Below, piece by piece: positions 43,896 through 54,029 of a DNA stretch of 64,000 nt. Numbering within the stretch: the first letter of the stretch is position 1; the number at the start of each line of letters is the position of its first letter. The notes under the pieces were generated by a model. The model saw only the letters and a program-made list of their open reading frames with translations. It made no database searches and was not told the origin of the DNA. This DNA is from Streptosporangiaceae bacterium (GTDB lineage: Bacteria > Actinomycetota > Actinomycetes > Streptosporangiales > Streptosporangiaceae), in contig JAFARZ010000211.1 of the NCBI GenBank assembly GCA_019245115.1, positions 36,688-100,687 on the forward strand. Direction: 5' to 3'. The position numbers and the translations under genes were made by a program.

Positions 43896-46800
43896 ATGTA
43901 CCCATCATCAACCCGCCGCGGCCGGAGGCCCAGGCCAATTCAACACAGCCGGTTCGCCGCGGGCGCGGCGGCGCTCGGGCTCGGCCTGCTGACCCTGGTC
44001 GCCGTGCCGCGAGTCGCGCACGCGGCGCACGCGGCGCAGGCGGCGCCTTCCACGGGTGGCGCTTTCGACTACACGGAGGCGCTGCAGGACGCGATGTACT
44101 TCTATGAGGCGCAGCGATCCGGCCAGCTTCCGCCGGACAACCCGGTGGACTGGCGTGGTGACTCCGACCTGAGCGACGGGTCCGACAACGGGGTGAACCT
44201 GACCGGCGGATATCACGACGCCGGGGACCTGGTGAAGTTCGGGCTGCCGGAGGCGTGGGCGATGAACATGCTCGCCTGGAGCCTGCTCGACTATCCGGCC
44301 GGTTACACCGCCGCCGGCCAGACCCAGACCGCCATGGAGAACCTGCGCTGGGGAGACGACTACATCCTGGCCGCGGCGACCGGGCCTGACACGTTCTACG
44401 GACAGGTCGCCAACCCGAACACCGACCACCAGTACTGGGGCCCCGCGGAGACCAACCCGACCGTACGGCCGTCCTCCGCGGTGACCGCCTCATGTGCGGG
44501 TTCGGACCTGGTCGGGCAGGCATCCGCCGCCCTGGCCGCGTCGTCGATCGTCTTCAAGACCGCGGACCCCAAGTACTCCGCCGCGCTGCTGTCGCAGGCG
44601 CAATCGCTGTTCACGTTCGCCGACACCCACCTCGGCGACTACGCGAACTGCATCACCTCCGCGCAGGGCTTCTACAACTCCTTCAGCGGCTACTGGACCC
44701 AGCTGGTCGCCGCGGAGATCTGGCTCTACAAAGCCACCGGCACGGCGAGCTGGCTGACCAAGGCGGAGACCGACTTCGCCAGCATGCCGCTGGCTCAGCA
44801 GTCCACGCTGCACGAATACAACTGGACCGTGAACTGGGATGACGACAGCTTCGCCGACTACGTCTGGATGGCCCAGCTGACCGGTCAGCAGCAGTACATC
44901 ACCGACGCGGAGAACAACCTGGACTGGTGGACGACCGGGTTCAACGGATCCGCGGTTTCGTATTCGCCCGGCGGGGAGGCCTTCCTCAACCAGTGGGGAT
45001 CGCTGCGCTACTCCTCGAACGCGGCGTACCTGGCGCTGGAGTTCAGCAACTACCTGACGTCCGCGGGGCTGGATCCGGCGCGGGCGACCACGTACCACAA
45101 CTTCGCCGTCCAGCAGATCAACTACATCCTCGGCCAGAACCCGAACAACATGAGCTATGAGGTCGGGTTCACCAATAACGGCAAGAACAGCGCCTGGTCC
45201 CAGTTCCCGCACAACGCTCCCGCGCACGATGCGTGGTCGGACAACCTGACCACGCCTGCGCAGACCCGGCATCTCGACTACGGGCTGCTGGTGGGCGGGC
45301 CAGCGTCGAACAACGACCAGTTCACCGATCAGCGGCCCAACTACCAGGAGACCGAGGGCGCGCTCGACTACAACGCGCTGTTCTCCGGCGACCTGGCCGC
45401 TTTGACGGCTCAGTACGGCGGCACGCCGGTGGCTGGTTTCCCGGCCCCGGAGACGCCCGACGGGCCGCAGATCTACGTGCAGGCCGCGGTCAACAACTCC
45501 GCTTCGAACTTCGTCGAGATCAAGGCGCTGATCAACAACCAGTCGGCCTGGCCGGCGCGGCAGATGCCGGACGCCAGCTTCCGCTACTACTTCACCCTGG
45601 ATCCGGGCGAGACACCGAGCCAGATCACGCTGAGCTCGTCCTACAGCCAGTGCGAGCCCGCGACGGGCCCGACGTTGTATGCCGGCTCCACGTACTACAT
45701 CCAGGTGTCGTGCGCCAACCTCGACATCGAGCCGGTGGGTGAGGCCGACTATTCCGGTGACGATTACCAGGCCCAGGTGCAGTTCCGCATCACGTTCCCG
45801 TCGGCGCACAACCCGGCCGAGGACTGGTCGTTCCAGGGCATACCGACGACGGCGAACGCGACGCCGGTAACGGTCAGCGACATCACGCTCTACTCGGGCA
45901 ACACGCTGATATGGGGCACCCCGCCCTCGTCCTCGTCGTCCTCGGCGGAGGCGCCGTCGGCGCCGGGCGCCCTGACGGCCGGTTCGGTTACCTCGACCGG
46001 CGCCACGCTGTCGTGGACCGCCTCGACGGCGGGAAGTTCTCCGGTTGCCTCCTACGACGTGTACACCTCGGCCGGGACGCTGGTCGGGACGACCACGGGC
46101 ACGTCCTTCGCGGTAACCGGGCTCAACGCGAGCCGGACCTCGCCGTACGGGTACTACGTGACGGCGGTGGACAGCCAGGGCGTCGCGTCGGCGGCGTCCA
46201 GCATCGCCCAGTTCATCACGTCTTCGGCGACCTCGCTGACCGCGTCGTCGCCGGTGCCGCCGTCGGTGCCCGGGACGGCCCTGGCCAGCGGGGTCTCGGC
46301 GACCGGCGCCACGCTGTCCTGGTCGGCGTCGACGGCCGGGAGTTCGCCGATCGCGGGCTACCGGGTGTACGAACTCGCTCCTTCCGCTGGCCTGGTGGCC
46401 ACGACGACGGCGACGTCTTATACGTTGTCCGGGCTGTCCGGTGGCACGGGCTATGCGTACATGGTCGAGGCCATCGACGGCCAGGGCAGGACGTCCGGCT
46501 TCGCGGCGCCCGCCACGTTCTACACCGGTGCCCCCGCCGCGGGCGGCACCCCGTCGCCGACCCCGACCCCCACCCCCACGCCAACCCCCACCCCGACACC
46601 AACTCCCACCCCGACACCGACGCCCACCCCCACGCCGACTCCGACGCCCACCTCGTCCTCTCCGCCTGGGCCGCTGGCCTGCTCGGCCGTGTACTCGCTG
46701 GTCAACTCCTGGAGCGGCGGCTTCCAGGGCCAGATCACGCTGACCAACACCGGCAGTTCGGCGATCAGCCCGTGGACGCTGACCTGGACGTTCCCGGGAG

Positions 46801-46988
46801 ATCAGCAGATCTCCACGATGTGGAACGCCACCGGAACGCAGTCGGGTGAGCAGGCCACCGCGGCCGCCGAGTCGTACAACTCCACGATCCCCCCGGCGAG
46901 TTCGGTCACGATCGGCTTCACCGGAACCTTTACGAACAGCAACACGCCCCCAGCCACCTTCGCCGTAAACGGAACCACATGCACGTAA
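43896..46988 (+). CDS. Secreted multidomain GH9 endoglucanase (GH9-CBM3-Fn3-Fn3-PT linker-CBM2)
   Basis: FDYTEALQDAMYFYEAQRSG...GGYHDAGDLVKF (GH9), two Fn3 repeats, (PT)n at about 46549-46652, and a CBM2-like C-terminus. Confidence 0.9.
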   Translation: MYPSSTRRGRRPRPIQHSRFAAGAAALGLGLLTLVAVPRVAHAAHAAQAAPSTGGAFDYTEALQDAMYFYEAQRSGQLPPDNPVDWRGDSDLSDGSDNGVNLTGGYHDAGDLVKFGLPEAWAMNMLAWSLLDYPAGYTAAGQTQTAMENLRWGDDYILAAATGPDTFYGQVANPNTDHQYWGPAETNPTVRPSSAVTASCAGSDLVGQASAALAASSIVFKTADPKYSAALLSQAQSLFTFADTHLGDYANCITSAQGFYNSFSGYWTQLVAAEIWLYKATGTASWLTKAETDFASMPLAQQSTLHEYNWTVNWDDDSFADYVWMAQLTGQQQYITDAENNLDWWTTGFNGSAVSYSPGGEAFLNQWGSLRYSSNAAYLALEFSNYLTSAGLDPARATTYHNFAVQQINYILGQNPNNMSYEVGFTNNGKNSAWSQFPHNAPAHDAWSDNLTTPAQTRHLDYGLLVGGPASNNDQFTDQRPNYQETEGALDYNALFSGDLAALTAQYGGTPVAGFPAPETPDGPQIYVQAAVNNSASNFVEIKALINNQSAWPARQMPDASFRYYFTLDPGETPSQITLSSSYSQCEPATGPTLYAGSTYYIQVSCANLDIEPVGEADYSGDDYQAQVQFRITFPSAHNPAEDWSFQGIPTTANATPVTVSDITLYSGNTLIWGTPPSSSSSSAEAPSAPGALTAGSVTSTGATLSWTASTAGSSPVASYDVYTSAGTLVGTTTGTSFAVTGLNASRTSPYGYYVTAVDSQGVASAASSIAQFITSSATSLTASSPVPPSVPGTALASGVSATGATLSWSASTAGSSPIAGYRVYELAPSAGLVATTTATSYTLSGLSGGTGYAYMVEAIDGQGRTSGFAAPATFYTGAPAAGGTPSPTPTPTPTPTPTPTPTPTPTPTPTPTPTPTPTSSSPPGPLACSAVYSLVNSWSGGFQGQITLTNTGSSAISPWTLTWTFPGDQQISTMWNATGTQSGEQATAAAESYNSTIPPASSVTIGFTGTFTNSNTPPATFAVNGTTCT

Positions 46989-47093
46989 CCCCCACATGCA
47001 CGTAAGCCACCACGAGAGCGCCCAGCTTTGACCCTGTTGGCTTATCCAGGACGCTGAGCGTGTTTAGAACGTGGGCCGGGGTGGATGCCGCTA

Positions 47094-47152
47094 GGGGATG
47101 GTTGGCGCAACGTGCCCCTTGGGTGGGGGTGGTTGGCGCAACGTACCCCTTG
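47094..47152. repeat. Two direct copies (26/28 identical, period 31) of GGGGRTGGTTGGCGCAACGTRCCCCTTG
   Basis: 47094-47121 and 47125-47152. The 10-mer TTGGCGCAAC recurs at 61330-61339. Confidence 0.6.
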
Positions 47153-47172
47153 ATACCCCGGGTGCGGTCTGG

Positions 47173-47344
47173 CTAGGGGGTTAGGAGGCGGCGGAGGAGT
47201 TCCTGGACGGGGGCGCGGCCGGTGTCCATGGCCGCGCGGGGGGCGTCGGCGCGCGCGATCACCAGCGCGATCTCGTCGATGGCGGCCAGGATCATGTGGG
47301 CGAACGCGTCGACTAGATCCGCCCCTCCGCCGTCACTGGCGACG
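47173..47344 (-). pseudogene. Possible C-terminal remnant of a TetR-like regulator
   Basis: The tail of ORF 47173..47448 (ADLVDAFAHMILAAIDEIALVIARADAPRAAMDTGRAPVQELLRRLL) resembles a TetR C-terminus. No HTH-encoding part is present. Confidence 0.3.
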
Positions 47345-47914
47345 CTAACCACTGGCGACGACAACCAGCAGGGACGATAAGCCCAGCGCCCCGATGGGAT
47401 GTATGGCGTGGCCGGACTTCGGGCAGCACCACAGCGCGCGGCTGTCACGCACCTCCGGAGTCAGCGGGTGGGAGTCCGGATGCTCCGGGCACTCCGGCCA
47501 GGTGGCCGGACGTCCCTCGGCGGCCAGTTCCTCGACCTCCCACTCCTGAACCTGATCGGCCACATCCGCCAATCGCTCCGCGGCGGAAAGGCCGAGCTGG
47601 ATCCGGATGCCGAGCCCGCTCGAAGCGGACTCGATCCAGCCGAACACGAAATCCGGGTCGTCGTCCCACGGCTGTTCCCGGACGTCCGGCACGATCGCCC
47701 CGCTCATCCGCAGGTCATGGAGCACCGGGTCCAGCGCCGTCCGGAACTCTCTGCTCTCGGAGTCGGTCAGTTCCCTCGGGTGCTGCCGCCGCTCGCGCGA
47801 TAGCCGGAGGGCCTCGGCGGCCTCCGGCCCTAGCTCGCTCTCGATGGTACTGAGCAGATCATCGGCATTGTCGAAGAAACCGCCGCCGTTGGAGCTGATT
47901 TCCACGGTGTCCAA
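47345..47914 (-). CDS. Hypothetical protein
   Basis: 189-aa acidic protein of normal composition with Cys/His-containing C-terminal motifs (WPECPEHPDSHPL...WCCPKSGH). Confidence 0.6.
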   Translation of the reverse strand: MDTVEISSNGGGFFDNADDLLSTIESELGPEAAEALRLSRERRQHPRELTDSESREFRTALDPVLHDLRMSGAIVPDVREQPWDDDPDFVFGWIESASSGLGIRIQLGLSAAERLADVADQVQEWEVEELAAEGRPATWPECPEHPDSHPLTPEVRDSRALWCCPKSGHAIHPIGALGLSSLLVVVASG

Positions 47915-47943
47915 GTCTAGTGTCGCCCGCGCTCGGGCGGCGC

Positions 47944-49176
47944 TCAGGTGAGCGGGCCGAGTTCCGTGGCGGGGTCAGCCCACCGCTCGTTGGGTACGAG
48001 GGGGTACCAGCCGGGACGGCCGGGGTCGCGGTCGTAAGGGTAGCCGCCAAGCTCGCGGTACAGCTCGGCGTACCGCGCGACCTTGCCGGGGTCGAGGCGC
48101 ACGCCCAGACCCGGGCCGTCGGGCACGTCGATCCGGCCTCCCGCGTACTTCAGCTTGCCACCGGTTATGACGTCGTCGGCCAGGTGATGGTAGTGCGCGT
48201 CGGCGGCATAACTCAGCCCGGGCAGAACCGCGCCGAGGTGCAGCATGGTGGCCAGCTGGACGCCGAGTTCGCCGGAGGAGTGCACGGCCATGCCCAGCTG
48301 GAACGTCTCGCACACCACGGCGGCCCGCAGGCAGGCGCGGATTCCTCCCCACAGCGTGGTGTCGAGCAGGATCACGTCCGCGGCACGCCGCAGGACGTTG
48401 GCGGCGAGCTGCTCGGCGTTCACCACCACGGTGTTGGTGGCGAGCGGAACCGAGATCCTGTCCCGGACCTGCCGGAGACCCTCGAGGCCGAACACCGGAT
48501 CTTCGAGGTAGTCGTTGTCCAGATCCGCTATCGCCTGCCCGAAGCGGATCCCGTCGCCCAGGCTCAGCACCGCGTTCGGGTCGTAGCGCAGCCGGTCGCC
48601 CGGCAGCGCGGCGGCCAGCGCCCGGTAACAATCCAGCTCGTAGCCGGGCGGGAACACGCCGCCCTTCAGCTTGTGCACGGTGAACCCGTGTTCGGCCTTC
48701 AGCGCCCTGGCGTGCGCGACGAGCTGCTCCGGGGTGCGTACCTCGGTCACACCGCTGGCCGGGTAGCGGAAGAACAGGTACGCGGCGAACGGGACGGAGT
48801 CGCGCAGCTTGCCACCGAGCAGGTCATACACCGGCACGCCGAGGTGCTGCCCGATCAGGTCCAGGCAGGCGAACTCGATCGCCGCGTGCAGCTGGGTCCG
48901 GTCCCCGTACAGCGCCGCTGTCGGATTGGCGATCTTGAAGCGGAGCGCCTCGAGCTGGAAGGGGTCGTGCCCGGCGAGATAGGGCCGCAGAGCGCGGAAG
49001 GCCTGCTCGGCGCTCTGCCCGCCGCCGCCCATCTCGCCCAGCCCGACCAGCCCGTTGTCGGTCTCCACCTCCACGATCGTCCGGACAAACCGGCCCCAGT
49101 GCGCTCCGTTGCCGTGCAGCAGCGGCGCCTCCAGCGGAACGGTGACCGTCGTGGCGCGGATGTCAGCTATCTTCAC
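47944..49176 (-). CDS. Glucarate-dehydratase-related enolase-superfamily enzyme
   Basis: 410 aa. [15 protein letters not shown]...[10 protein letters not shown]...HKLKGG...YDPN...NDYLEDP...LATN...HSSGELG. Confidence 0.85.
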   Translation of the reverse strand: MKIADIRATTVTVPLEAPLLHGNGAHWGRFVRTIVEVETDNGLVGLGEMGGGGQSAEQAFRALRPYLAGHDPFQLEALRFKIANPTAALYGDRTQLHAAIEFACLDLIGQHLGVPVYDLLGGKLRDSVPFAAYLFFRYPASGVTEVRTPEQLVAHARALKAEHGFTVHKLKGGVFPPGYELDCYRALAAALPGDRLRYDPNAVLSLGDGIRFGQAIADLDNDYLEDPVFGLEGLRQVRDRISVPLATNTVVVNAEQLAANVLRRAADVILLDTTLWGGIRACLRAAVVCETFQLGMAVHSSGELGVQLATMLHLGAVLPGLSYAADAHYHHLADDVITGGKLKYAGGRIDVPDGPGLGVRLDPGKVARYAELYRELGGYPYDRDPGRPGWYPLVPNERWADPATELGPLT

Positions 49177-49183
49177 GTTCTCC

Positions 49184-52100
49184 CTACCGATCGTTCCGCT
49201 GTCCGGCGCTGAGCGTGACCTCCGCCGTGCCGCACGCGGGTACGGCTACCCTGATCGGCTCGCCGAATACGGTGACTGTGGCGGAAACCGGCTCGGGTGC
49301 CAGCGATCGGACCCGGAGCCGCAACTCGCCGGCTGATCGGCCCGCCGATGTCAGATGCACGTCGGGATGATCGACCGAGGCGAACACGCCGGAAGGTGCG
49401 CTGGCCGTACCGGTCCCGGTAGCGGGGATCGCGGTGAACGGATCGGTGAGGCCTGCCGCCGTCGCGGCGCCCAGCCTGCGGGCCGGCACGCCCGCCGCCG
49501 ATGACACCGCGTACCGGAACATCATCTCGCCCTGCTGGGCGGACGGGAAGTTGGTGTCCCAGATGTTGTTCAGGGCCCACGAATAAATGGTTCCCGGCTC
49601 GGCGTCCAGCGTGGGAGGGAACGGGGCGTACGGCACGTGAATGGTGCCGAGCTGGACCAGCGGCGCCTCCAGCGTGGCCCAGGCAATGGTCAGCTCGGGA
49701 TCGGAAAAACCGGCCCAGTGCCGGATCGGGATCATGTGGGTGGCCGAGCCGGGAACGCGGGGCACCGAGGCGCCCCCGACACCGCCGGTCAGCTCCCACG
49801 CCGCGGGCGGCGCCCCGGCAGCGAACGGGAACGCGAAGAACACCGACTCCTTGGCGGGGGTGTTCTGCTTGACCAGCCGGAAGGTGAGGTCCACCCGGGG
49901 CACGCCCGGGTACAGGTCAATGGTCGTGCGGAGCAGGTCGGTTCCCCTGGCGGTCATCGAGACGACCAGCCGCTCACCGGCCGGGGTCCGCCTGGCCCGG
50001 GTGATCACCGCGCTCTCGCCTACGTACCGGCCGCCAAGCAGCGGCGAGCCGTGCGCGGCGATATGCCCGGACAGATGGTTGAAATGCGGCGCCGTGGCGT
50101 ATCTGTCGTAGATGTACTGCCCGAACCGGGCGGCCGCCGAGTCGTTGACCAGTTCCCGTCCGGCCGTCTTGTCGAACACCGACGAGATGCCGCCCGCCTC
50201 AGCGTCAAAGCTGACCCGGTAATACTCGTTCTCGACGGCGCCGACCGCGCCGACCGCGCCGCCACCATCGGCGCTGGCCGCGATGTCACCAGTCCCCCTG
50301 ACCATATCGAGCCTGACGTAACCGAGGGAAGGCACGTCCGGCACCACGACCGCCAGGCGCCGCCCGATCGGCCGGGTGGGCCAGTCGTCGGGGTGCACGA
50401 CCGTCTCATGGTGGCCGAGCTCGCGTCCGGTTCGCGCGTCGGTCAGCGTAACCGGGACATCGAGCGGCAGGACATCCCGGGGGAGGAAGACCTCGGCGAT
50501 GTCGGTCCGCCCGACCGGACCGGGGTTGATCACCACGTAGGAAGCGGCGGCGTCCGGTGACCGGGCGAAGGTCGCGCCGAGCCGGCGGCGTCCGGACTGC
50601 TCCAGGTCGGCGGCCGCGTCGTAAGCCTGGTAGCCGATCGCGGATTTCAGCGTCCACTGGATCCCGCCGGAGTCACGCCCCGATTCGGCGTCCTCCCACG
50701 GGTCCGCGGCCCCCCAGGTGTGCTCGTTGAACAGCGCGATCTTGTCATAGGCCTCCGCCACCGCGGCGTCGGCGGACTCATCCGAGGCGAGCGCGTGCAT
50801 GGTCTCCGCGGTGCGCAGCGTGGCCTGCGCCCGTCGCACGTAACCGAGCGGCCGCGCGCCCGACCCCATGCCGTCGGCCCACCAGTCGGTCCAGTCGCCT
50901 TCGTGTACCGCGAGACGGTCGCCGTAGCACTGCTCGACATGGGCGAAGAAATCGCTGTTGACCGCCATCCGCAGGCGGGGGTAGGTCCAGCTCTCGCTCC
51001 ACCGCCGGACGATGTCGGCCGGGATGATGCTGGGCCCGGCGTTGTCGGCATGCGCGCCTTGCAGCCGCAGGTGTACCGCGTCGAACGGATAAGGCGCCCG
51101 GGCTATCGTCGCGTCGGCCGGGATGCCGTTCCAGCCGAAGGCCTCCTGGCCGTACGGGTAGGGCCGCCGGGCCAGCGCGTCCAGGTAGCGGGGCAGCATG
51201 TCGAGGGCCAGGTCGTAGCCGTCGGCCAGGCCGACCGTGTTGCCCTCCATGTAGGCCATGCCGTGCGGCGTGTCGGTGAACCAGGTCAGCAGCTCGTTGC
51301 CGCTCGGCGCGCGCCAGCGGAACGGCCTGGTGAGCGTCTCGCCGCCGACCAGGTACGGCACCGACCGTCCGGCCCAGTTGTGCGCGGCGGACAGGTAACG
51401 GACACCGGCCCGGGTCAGCGCGTCGATCAGGCCCACCACGGCGCCCGGCACGTCGGTGTGCATGGCCGACCGGATCGTCATGCCGAACCGGTCGCGAAGC
51501 TGGCCGGCGAACCGCAGTTGCCGGTCCAGTTCCTCGGTCGAGCAAGCCTCGGTGTGCAGCTGGAACGGCAGCGCGGTCACCTCGATCCGGCCCTCCGCGA
51601 CCCGGTCGGTGAACTCGCGCACCGCCGCCGTCGGCCTGGCTGCCAGCCAGCGCAGCGCGGGCAGGGCCGACTCCACGGTCCAGCGGAAGCGCGCGTCGTC
51701 CGGCCACGAGTCGGTGGCGCGGGCCAGCGACAGCGCGGAGTCCAGGTACTCCTGGTGGTAGCGGAGCACGGCGCCCTGCGGGTCGGTGTAGCCGATGTCC
51801 AGGTGGGAGTGGTGCACGACGAAAACGGTCCACTTGCGCTGCGGGGTGATCGTCACCGTGCCCGTGGCCACCTCGGCGGACCCGTCGCGCAGTTCAAGCC
51901 GGCCGGCGGTCGGCTCGGTGACCTCGGGCACCAGTAGCAGCGCGCCGGTCCCCGGGGTCACCTCGACCGTGTCCACCACGTTGCCGTGGACACTGATCAG
52001 GGCGGTGAGCAACCGACGTTCGGTGTTCATGGAGACGTCCAGCCGGATCGCCTGCCGCAGGTTGCCTATGGCGTCCCGCCGCAGCAGCGGCAGCACGGCC

Positions 52101-52219
52101 GCTCGCGCCGAGAGGCCGCGTGCGGAAGCGACGATGACGGAGCTGTCCCGGCGCAGCGTGTCCCTGATCTCGTCGTAGTCCGGCGAGCCGAGCGACGCGC
52201 GCAGCAGACGGCTGGTCAT
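49184..52219 (-). CDS. GH38-family glycoside hydrolase (alpha-mannosidase-like)
   Basis: Start [11 protein letters not shown] (CAT at 52217-52219). [15 protein letters not shown] is the GH38 N-domain signature. The ORF upstream of that Met runs through the permease gene in another frame. Confidence 0.85.
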   Translation of the reverse strand: MTSRLLRASLGSPDYDEIRDTLRRDSSVIVASARGLSARAAVLPLLRRDAIGNLRQAIRLDVSMNTERRLLTALISVHGNVVDTVEVTPGTGALLLVPEVTEPTAGRLELRDGSAEVATGTVTITPQRKWTVFVVHHSHLDIGYTDPQGAVLRYHQEYLDSALSLARATDSWPDDARFRWTVESALPALRWLAARPTAAVREFTDRVAEGRIEVTALPFQLHTEACSTEELDRQLRFAGQLRDRFGMTIRSAMHTDVPGAVVGLIDALTRAGVRYLSAAHNWAGRSVPYLVGGETLTRPFRWRAPSGNELLTWFTDTPHGMAYMEGNTVGLADGYDLALDMLPRYLDALARRPYPYGQEAFGWNGIPADATIARAPYPFDAVHLRLQGAHADNAGPSIIPADIVRRWSESWTYPRLRMAVNSDFFAHVEQCYGDRLAVHEGDWTDWWADGMGSGARPLGYVRRAQATLRTAETMHALASDESADAAVAEAYDKIALFNEHTWGAADPWEDAESGRDSGGIQWTLKSAIGYQAYDAAADLEQSGRRRLGATFARSPDAAASYVVINPGPVGRTDIAEVFLPRDVLPLDVPVTLTDARTGRELGHHETVVHPDDWPTRPIGRRLAVVVPDVPSLGYVRLDMVRGTGDIAASADGGGAVGAVGAVENEYYRVSFDAEAGGISSVFDKTAGRELVNDSAAARFGQYIYDRYATAPHFNHLSGHIAAHGSPLLGGRYVGESAVITRARRTPAGERLVVSMTARGTDLLRTTIDLYPGVPRVDLTFRLVKQNTPAKESVFFAFPFAAGAPPAAWELTGGVGGASVPRVPGSATHMIPIRHWAGFSDPELTIAWATLEAPLVQLGTIHVPYAPFPPTLDAEPGTIYSWALNNIWDTNFPSAQQGEMMFRYAVSSAAGVPARRLGAATAAGLTDPFTAIPATGTGTASAPSGVFASVDHPDVHLTSAGRSAGELRLRVRSLAPEPVSATVTVFGEPIRVAVPACGTAEVTLSAGQRNDR

Positions 52220-52236
52220 GGTGAACGGACCCCTTT

Positions 52237-53070
52237 CTACAGCTGGCCCAGCGCGAGCCCGCGGGCGAAATATCGCTGCGTGACCAGGAACAACAGGACG
52301 GGGGGAGCGGAGACGACCAGACCGGCGGCGAGCGCGATCGGCACCGGCGTGCCGGCGTAGACGTCGCTTTGCAGCGCGGCCAGCGCGGTCATCACCGGGC
52401 GGGTGCCCTGGCTCTGCGTCAGCGTAAGCCCGAACAGCAGGTCGTTCCAGACGAACGTGAACTCCAGGATGAACACGGCGGTGAGCGCGGAGCGCGCCAA
52501 CGGCAGGTAGATCTGCCGGAACACGCGGAACGTGGACGCGCCGTCCATGCGGGCGGCCTCGAACATGGAGAACGCCACCCCGGTGAAGAAGTTCCGCATC
52601 ACGAACGCCGCGAACGGCACGCTGATCGCGGTGTAGATGACGATCATCCCGAGGCGGCTGTCGTACAGGTTCGCCTTGCTGTAGCTGACGAACAGCGGGA
52701 TCAGCAGCATCTGCGCGGGGAAGATCGTGCCGCCGAAGATGATCATGAACCAGGCGAACCCGTGGCGCAGCCGCAGCACCACGATCGCGTACCCGGCCAG
52801 GGCCCCGATCAGGCAGGCCAGCACTGGTGCCACGATGGCGTAGAGCAGCGAGCTGCCCAGGCTCTGGCCGATCTGTGACGCGCTCCACGCTTTCGCGATG
52901 TTCGACCACAGCCCGAGATGCGCGGACGGCACCCACGCCCGGCTGGGATCGAAGCTGTCCGCCGGGCGCAGCGCGCTGACCAGGATCAGGTACACAGGGA
53001 AGAGCCAGATCATGCCCATCACGATGAGCACGGCGCGCCGCGTCACCCCCGACATCAGCCGGCTACGCAC
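52237..53070 (-). CDS. Carbohydrate ABC transporter permease (MalG-like)
   Basis: 277 aa, six TM segments, EAA-loop region EAARMDGAS. Confidence 0.9.
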   Translation of the reverse strand: MRSRLMSGVTRRAVLIVMGMIWLFPVYLILVSALRPADSFDPSRAWVPSAHLGLWSNIAKAWSASQIGQSLGSSLLYAIVAPVLACLIGALAGYAIVVLRLRHGFAWFMIIFGGTIFPAQMLLIPLFVSYSKANLYDSRLGMIVIYTAISVPFAAFVMRNFFTGVAFSMFEAARMDGASTFRVFRQIYLPLARSALTAVFILEFTFVWNDLLFGLTLTQSQGTRPVMTALAALQSDVYAGTPVPIALAAGLVVSAPPVLLFLVTQRYFARGLALGQL

Positions 53071-54022
53071 CGATCGCCCTCCTGCTGCTGAGCTGACGCC
53101 GTAGGTAGAGCCACGAGACGATACCGGTGACGACGGTGAGGAAGATCGCCACCGCGGACCCGTAGCCGTACTGGTCGGCGACGAACGTGTCCTTGTACAT
53201 CGTGATCGCGAGCGTCTCCGACGACCGGCCGGGACCGCCCTGGGTCATCACCCAGACGATGTCGAACGTCTTCAGGCTCGCCACCAGGGCCAGCCCGACC
53301 ACGACCGTGGTCAGCGGGGCCAGCAGCGGCCAGATGATCCGGCGGAACAACGTCCAGCCGGACGCGCCGTCCAGCCTGGCCGCCTCGATCGGCTCGCGGG
53401 GTATCGACTGTAGCCCGACCACGAACAGCAGCGCGTTGACCCCGAGCTGCTGCCAGGTCGACGCGATTATCATGGCGATGCTGTTCTGCGGCGCGTACAG
53501 CAGGAACGACTCACCGCCGCCCGGCAGCCCGATGGCGCTGAGCAGGTTGTTGGCGATGCCGCCGTGCTCCAGGATGATCCCCCAGGCCACCGCCACGCCG
53601 GTACCCGACATGGCGTACGGCAGCAGGAAGGGCAGCCGGTACCAGCCGCCGTGCGGCAGGTTGTAGGACAGCACGGCCACCAGCAGGCCCAGCGCCACCG
53701 GCAGCACCAGCGTGCCCGCGACCCACAGCAGCGTGTTCCTGATCGCGGACAGCAGGTACGGGTCGTGCAGCAGCGTCCGGTAGTTGGCCAGGCCGGTCCA
53801 CGTCATCGGGCCAAGGCCGCTGTAGCTGGTGAAGCTCTGATACACCGTCCACAGGAACGGCAGGTACAGCAGCACGGCGACCAGCAGCACGGCGGGCGAC
53901 ACGTAGCCGTACCGGAAGCGGCCTACCAGCGGCGCCGCTCTCCGCCGTCGCCGCTGCCGGGCCGCGCCGCCCGGCGCCTGCTGGAGGCGCCGGCCGGGGT
54001 TGGTGAGGGTCTGGCTCCACAC
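53063..54022 (-). CDS. Carbohydrate ABC transporter permease (MalF-like)
   Basis: 319 aa, EAA-loop region EAARLDGASGW. The true start may be internal. Confidence 0.9.
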   Translation of the reverse strand: MWSQTLTNPGRRLQQAPGGAARQRRRRRAAPLVGRFRYGYVSPAVLLVAVLLYLPFLWTVYQSFTSYSGLGPMTWTGLANYRTLLHDPYLLSAIRNTLLWVAGTLVLPVALGLLVAVLSYNLPHGGWYRLPFLLPYAMSGTGVAVAWGIILEHGGIANNLLSAIGLPGGGESFLLYAPQNSIAMIIASTWQQLGVNALLFVVGLQSIPREPIEAARLDGASGWTLFRRIIWPLLAPLTTVVVGLALVASLKTFDIVWVMTQGGPGRSSETLAITMYKDTFVADQYGYGSAVAIFLTVVTGIVSWLYLRRQLSSRRAIGA

Positions 54023-54029
54023 GGGTCGG

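Noticed and set aside
46549-46652. CCNACN repeat tract
   Set aside because: It is the in-frame (Pro-Thr)n interdomain linker of the GH9 enzyme, a normal feature of actinomycete cellulases.
44490-46997. 835-aa ORF antisense to the GH9 cellulase. Similar antisense ORFs at 20793..22421, 36637..38178, 42521..43741, 23529..24878 and 34353..35501
   Set aside because: Extreme Arg/Gly/Pro/Asp composition and no recognisable motifs. Each lies exactly opposite a gene with strong family signatures. The absence of stops is explained by GC3 bias.
52220-52936. N-terminal 239-codon extension of the GH38 ORF (49184..52936). Similar upstream extensions of ORFs at 5994..7229, 4537..6630, 40137..41591, 41294..42046, 54030..55685, 18375..19505 and 20310..22313
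   Set aside because: The extensions overlap neighbouring genes in other frames and are Arg/Pro-rich. Internal starts have SD sequences, ATGA/GTGA coupling or signal peptides.
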